From NCBI GenBank assembly GCA_002709225.1, contig PAQH01000022.1:1907-65906 (forward strand): 64,000 nucleotides of DNA, given 5' to 3'. The DNA comes from Planctomycetaceae bacterium (GTDB taxonomy: Bacteria; Planctomycetota; Planctomycetia; Pirellulales; Pirellulaceae). A program made the position numbers and the translations under genes. Below the pieces are notes generated by a model. The model searched no databases, was not told the DNA's origin, and worked only from the letters and a program-made list of their open reading frames with translations. Each line of letters opens with the position of its first letter. The stretch's first letter is position 1. Positions 59,875 to 64,000 of this stretch are shown here, piece by piece.

Positions 59875-59977
59875 AACGGCCACTTATCATAACCCATTGA
59901 AGGACATGCGAATAGCGGGTCAAAGCCCGCGACCTGGCAAGCGGAACGGTCAGGTGACGCCTCCGCCTCTGCTCGGC

Positions 59978-60286
59978 TCAGTTGGGGTCGACGGGAGTCG
60001 ATCCCGCTGGTGGCGTCCCTTTGCCTTCCGCCACATACAGGGCGCGCTGGCGTGAGTACTCTTGGGCGTTTGGCAAATCTGGAGCCTCGCTTGTCGAGCC
60101 TGGTTGGCGGGTGGAGCCTTGTTGAAAGAGCTTCTTCAAAAAGGGGCGGCACCAACCACAACCGGTGCCCGCGCCGAAACACTCGCTTAGTTGGCTTTCG
60201 CGCTTGGGTTGGTTTATCCGGATGTAATTGACGACCTTGCGTCGGGTGACATGAAAGCACAGGCAGAGTTCGTCGTTGGGTTCCAC
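59978..60286 (-). CDS. bfd: BFD-like [2Fe-2S]-binding domain protein with C-terminal extension
   Basis: Track ORF is 59978..60394. The conserved part starts at (V)EPNDELCLCFHVTRRKVVNYI..CFGAGTGCGWCRPFL, the CxC...CxxC pattern of bacterioferritin-associated ferredoxin. GTG 60286 or TTG 60292 overlaps or abuts the TGA stop (60289..60291) of the upstream peptidase gene. Confidence 0.7.
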   Translation of the reverse strand: MEPNDELCLCFHVTRRKVVNYIRINQPKRESQLSECFGAGTGCGWCRPFLKKLFQQGSTRQPGSTSEAPDLPNAQEYSRQRALYVAEGKGTPPAGSTPVDPN

Positions 60287-60288
60287 GT

Positions 60289-61518
60289 TCAACCCTCCGT
60301 GGCGGTTGCTAGGCGCAAACCGATGCGACAGGCGGTGTGAAAATTTGCCAGATCGAGCGTTTCTTTGACCGTATGCGCGTTGCCCTGGCCACAACCGATA
60401 GTCACCGTAGGCAATCCGTGGGCGGTAAGCCAGTTGGCATCGACGCCACCATTGGCCACGGCGTGGATCGGATCGCCATCGATCGAACGTATCGCTGCTG
60501 CGGCGGTGCGCACACTGGGGTCGTCTGCGGGAAGTACAAACGATTCGTAGTCCAAGTGACCGTCAAAGAGAATTTGCCCCTGTTGTCCCAGGTCATTTGT
60601 GACTTCTTTGACAGCGCGTTGGAAGGCGCGTTCGATTTCACGCACGATGCGTTTGCGAAATTGCGGTGCGTGACTGCGGGCTTCAGCCCGGATTGCAACT
60701 TGATCGGTGACGACGTTGGTCGCCTCGCCACCCTGGATGAATCCCACATTGCTGGTGCCGATTTGTTTTCCTTTTTGAACCAAGCCATGCCAGCCATTGC
60801 GCTGCAGGTCTGCAATCGCCAAAGCCGCGATCGAGATGGCACTAACACCTCGCTCGGGAGCCCCGCCTGCGTGACTGGCAAGTCCATCGATATGGATCGA
60901 CAAACGGTAGCCACCGGTGGCGCCGACGGTTAATTTGGTTGGTGCGCCACCGTCCCAGTTGAATCCCAATCGTGGTTTTCCCAGCAGGCTCCTTTTCAGG
61001 AACCGAGCGCCCTGCAGACCGACCTCTTCTTGAATGAACCAACAGAAGGTGAGTGGCGGGTGGGGTAGTTTATTTCTGAGGATTTCCAGGGCGGATGTCA
61101 GCGTGACCGCAACGCCCGCGCGGTCATCTGCCCCTAAGCCCGTGTGGGGGTCGGCGGAACGCACTATTCCACCTTGGAGACGTGGTTGGCAGCCGACACA
61201 AATGGGAACCGTATCCATGTGTGCGGTTAACAGGCGGCGCGGGCCGCGCCGAGTGCCAGCCAGTTTAAAGATGAGATTTCCGGCGTTACCGGGGATGTGT
61301 GTTTTTTGGTGGGCCTTATCGCTTTGAATGTCAGTGGGCGATGCACCTGCTTGGATTAATGTCCGAGTGATGAAATCAGCAACGCCGGCCTCGTTGCCGC
61401 TCTTGCCAGGAATGGCCATCAGTTTCATGACGAGATCGGTCGCCTTTTTCAGGTTGGGCTCTGGCGTTTCTGCTGGCGTCGTCGAGCGAGTTTTCCTGGT
61501 GGTCTGGGAGCGAGCCAT
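60289..61518 (-). CDS. M20-family metallopeptidase (PepT/tripeptidase-like)
   Basis: LLTAHMDTV (HxDTV), GADDRAG and FIQEEVGLQGA metal-ligand motifs. It has a basic, Thr-rich N-terminal extension. Confidence 0.8.
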   Translation of the reverse strand: MARSQTTRKTRSTTPAETPEPNLKKATDLVMKLMAIPGKSGNEAGVADFITRTLIQAGASPTDIQSDKAHQKTHIPGNAGNLIFKLAGTRRGPRRLLTAHMDTVPICVGCQPRLQGGIVRSADPHTGLGADDRAGVAVTLTSALEILRNKLPHPPLTFCWFIQEEVGLQGARFLKRSLLGKPRLGFNWDGGAPTKLTVGATGGYRLSIHIDGLASHAGGAPERGVSAISIAALAIADLQRNGWHGLVQKGKQIGTSNVGFIQGGEATNVVTDQVAIRAEARSHAPQFRKRIVREIERAFQRAVKEVTNDLGQQGQILFDGHLDYESFVLPADDPSVRTAAAAIRSIDGDPIHAVANGGVDANWLTAHGLPTVTIGCGQGNAHTVKETLDLANFHTACRIGLRLATATEG

Positions 61519-61734
61519 AGCGAATCCTATCTCATCCAGAACTTGAGAATATTTTCTGTCTGGGCGTTTCTGCAGCGGGGGGACTCTTGTATAGGGTCTG
61601 CCTCGGCGCCTATCCTAGCGAAGCGTTTGCGATCTGCAAAACCGTTGTACAGGTTGTTTTGATCCCGGTGTCGTACTCAGGTGTTACCGACGCAGGCCCG
61701 CTGAAGGGACGTCGTTGATGGGGGAGAGAGGGCG

Positions 61735-62775
61735 ATGCAGCATCTGTTAGCCGGCGGTTGGAGTTCGGCGGACTGGTTCGAAAAGCATGGGTATCCCTCT
61801 TATCGCAACCAGCAATTGGCAAGCTGGATTTTTCAGAAACGAGCGACCGATTTCACGCAAATGTCCGACTTGCCCGGAGCGTTGAGGCAAGAATTGGCCA
61901 GAGACTTTCGGCTTTGGACTTCGGATGTGGTTTCGGCTCAGCGGTCCGATGACGGCACCGAGAAGCTCTTGCTGCAATGGCCGGATGGTGGCCGTATCGA
62001 GTGTGTATTACTGCGCGACGGGACGCGTCGTTCGATTTGTGTGAGTACACAAGTGGGCTGTGCGATGGGTTGCGTCTTCTGTGCCAGTGGCCTGGATGGT
62101 GTCGACAGAAACTTGAGCACGGGTGAAATTGTCGAGCAGATGCTGCGATTGCAGCAGAAATTACCCGCTTCGGAACGCCTCAGTCACTTGGTGGTGATGG
62201 GCATGGGGGAACCGTTGGCGAATCTGGATAATTTGCTGCCAGCTCTGGAGCTTGCCAATCAGGAAAGCGGCTTGGGGATTAGTAGCCGGAGAATTACGAT
62301 CTCGACGGTTGGGATTCCACAAGCCATCCGCCGTTTGGCTGATCGGCACGCCCATTTCCATCTTGCCGTTTCATTACACGCGCCCGACGATGAGTTAAGG
62401 AATCGATTGGTGCCAGTCAATCGAAATATCGGATTGGACGATTTGCTGTCTGCCTCGGACTACTATTTTGAAGTGTCCGGACGGCGTTTGACATTTGAAT
62501 ACGTGTTGTTAGCGGGAGTCAATGACAAGGAAACTCACGCGCACGGTCTGGTGCGTTTGTTGCAACGCAGGTCGGCGCTCTTGAATGTGATTCCCTACAA
62601 CCCGGTTGCGGGTTTACCCTTTCAAACTCCTGATCGACGTGCGATCCAGCAATTCCGGGTGATCCTGGAAAACGGCGGTCTCAACGTCCGTTTCCGGCGT
62701 CGCAAAGGCGACCGGATCAACGCGGCTTGCGGTCAGTTGCGCCGCTCGAGAGCCGTGGACACCGGCGAGCGATAG
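61735..62775 (+). CDS. rlmN: 23S rRNA (adenine2503-C2)/tRNA methyltransferase, radical SAM
   Basis: CAMGCVFCASG (CxxxCxxC), MGMGEPLAN, ISTVG, and the C-terminal catalytic Cys (INAACGQL). Confidence 0.9.
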   Translation: MQHLLAGGWSSADWFEKHGYPSYRNQQLASWIFQKRATDFTQMSDLPGALRQELARDFRLWTSDVVSAQRSDDGTEKLLLQWPDGGRIECVLLRDGTRRSICVSTQVGCAMGCVFCASGLDGVDRNLSTGEIVEQMLRLQQKLPASERLSHLVVMGMGEPLANLDNLLPALELANQESGLGISSRRITISTVGIPQAIRRLADRHAHFHLAVSLHAPDDELRNRLVPVNRNIGLDDLLSASDYYFEVSGRRLTFEYVLLAGVNDKETHAHGLVRLLQRRSALLNVIPYNPVAGLPFQTPDRRAIQQFRVILENGGLNVRFRRRKGDRINAACGQLRRSRAVDTGER

Positions 62776-63181
62776 CTCGCGAATCCAGCTGGCTCCACTG
62801 TTGGACGCGGGCTGACGACCATCAGTGGCCCGTGGCATCAGGAAGTGACTGCGGCAGACCTTGAGGGACGACAGCAAGGCGGCGGGACCGTTGCCACGCG
62901 CCCCGGATTGGAAGCCTGCCACCGGCCGGGTCTTGCTAGCATGGGTTCAATCAAAACTGACGGCCCGCGCTGGTCGTTCCCTCCCCTGCCGTTTTTTCAG
63001 GACAATTCATGCAGCCGGTACAACCGGTAAACCGAATACATGAAGGCGTGTAAATGCTGGGGGTGATCTAGGCAGCGGCGAACCGCGCGTTTTCTCGTGG
63101 TCAGGCCCGCTGAGCGACTCCCACCTTGTTCCGGCTGTATTGATTTGTTTTCTAGCTGTAACGACGGCGTGCGAGGCCGCG

Positions 63182-64000
63182 ATGACCAAACAAGTGTTGA
63201 AGGATTCGTATCACAAGCTGGTGCGTCGAGCGGGCCGTTTGCAGATTTCACTGCTTTCGGTGCTAGCTCTGGCGATCACGGTGACGGGATACGTTTGTTT
63301 GGCGAACGGACCATTTGATGGAAGTTACTTTCGCACTCGTTCCTTCCGGCCCGCCGGGGCGCAGCCGCCGGAAAACCGCGCGCAAAATGGTTATAGGATC
63401 GGTCAGTTCAAACGTGTTCAACCATCCTCCGAGCAACCCGCGGAGACGGTTGAGGAATCTCCGCAGCAGCCGGGTGAATACCTGTCAGAAGTTCCCCACG
63501 CCCCCTTGGTTGCTACGGAGCCGGTAACGCGACCTCGGGCAGTCGCCAGCGATCCAGACGTGGGAAGCACGGAATCGTCGGTTCCCAGCGCAGCGGGGAC
63601 TTTTTCTGGAGAATGGTTTTCGACAGAGGAGGCGGCTCTGCCTCAGCAGCCAACGAGGTTGGAGACCGTGTCTGAGTCGCCGGTGGACGAGTCGTACGTA
63701 AATGGGACCAACACATTTTCAGGAGCATTGTTTTCAACGGCCCCGTTCGTGAGGCCCGCGCATGACCTCCCTGAGCCGCCAGCCGAGTTGAGCTCAGCGA
63801 TTGCAGCCCCAGCGATTGCAGCCCCAGTGGTTGAAGAACGTCCTGTCGTTGATGCGTTTAGCGGTGAGCTATTTTCTCCGGGCCGGACAGTGTTACCTAC
63901 GGAGTTACCTACGGAATCCGCGTCGCAACATGCGGTGCGCAAAGCTGATGACATGGTGCTCCAACCGATTCTCAAACGTGAAGTCGCCTCGACAACGCCA
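63182..64000 (+). CDS. Hypothetical membrane-anchored protein, 3'-truncated by the window edge (not in the supplied ORF track)
   Basis: Manual translation from ATG 63182 gives 273 sense codons with no stop up to base 64000. The frame opens after the TGA at 63041..63043. The N-terminus MTKQVLKDSYHKLVRRAGRLQISLLSVLALAITVTGYVCL is a basic segment followed by a TM helix. A Pro/Glu/Ser-rich tail follows, with three FSG[EA][WL]FS[TP] motifs. Confidence 0.55.
   Translation, partial: MTKQVLKDSYHKLVRRAGRLQISLLSVLALAITVTGYVCLANGPFDGSYFRTRSFRPAGAQPPENRAQNGYRIGQFKRVQPSSEQPAETVEESPQQPGEYLSEVPHAPLVATEPVTRPRAVASDPDVGSTESSVPSAAGTFSGEWFSTEEAALPQQPTRLETVSESPVDESYVNGTNTFSGALFSTAPFVRPAHDLPEPPAELSSAIAAPAIAAPVVEERPVVDAFSGELFSPGRTVLPTELPTESASQHAVRKADDMVLQPILKREVASTTP

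Noticed and set aside
59745-60260. 171-aa minus-strand ORF, together with the 59636..60055 and 59643..59900 plus-strand ORFs, spanning the 23-bp repeats.
   Set aside because: Their reading frames are created by the repeat array itself (repetitive VSWALGTLCLG-type peptides). They also overlap the better-supported bfd-like and lysine-rich genes.

Overview
Gene-dense 64-kb chromosomal segment, moderately GC-rich by eye (not computed). The gene content points to Planctomycetota, probably Pirellulales-like. Supporting content: a giant surface protein of more than 4,580 aa that runs in from the left edge, a PSCyt/DUF1549/DUF1553 + DUF1501 gene pair, Tat-signal Gfo/Idh/MocA oxidoreductases, a DUF1080-ThuA-NPCBM-'membrane-bound dehydrogenase' fusion, and PPC and dockerin-like modules.

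I call 37 protein-coding genes. Two are partial at the window edges. One of these, 63182..64000, is missing from the ORF track because it has no stop codon inside the window. Housekeeping anchors are gap, metH and rlmN. I saw no rRNA, tRNA, CRISPR array, transposase, integrase or prophage signature.

There is no classical defence or secretion system here. The candidates most worth a second look:
- a bacterial homologue of the animal queuosine-tRNA mannosyltransferase GTDC1 (18167..19309);
- a cluster that looks like a periplasmic oxidative (3-keto) glycoside-cleavage module (30579..37085);
- a secreted TPR protein with seven NPF motifs in an acidic tail (20673..21893);
- a tandem pair of secreted double YHS/TRASH-like Cys proteins, next to a 700-bp repeat-bearing non-coding region (54557..56369);
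- an orphan HAD / deoxyhypusine-synthase-like / HldA-like kinase cassette (25019..27971);
- three perfect 23-bp direct repeats in front of a lysine-rich small protein (59806..59874).

All family assignments rest on motif recognition by eye and on recalled family signatures. No alignments or HMM searches were run.
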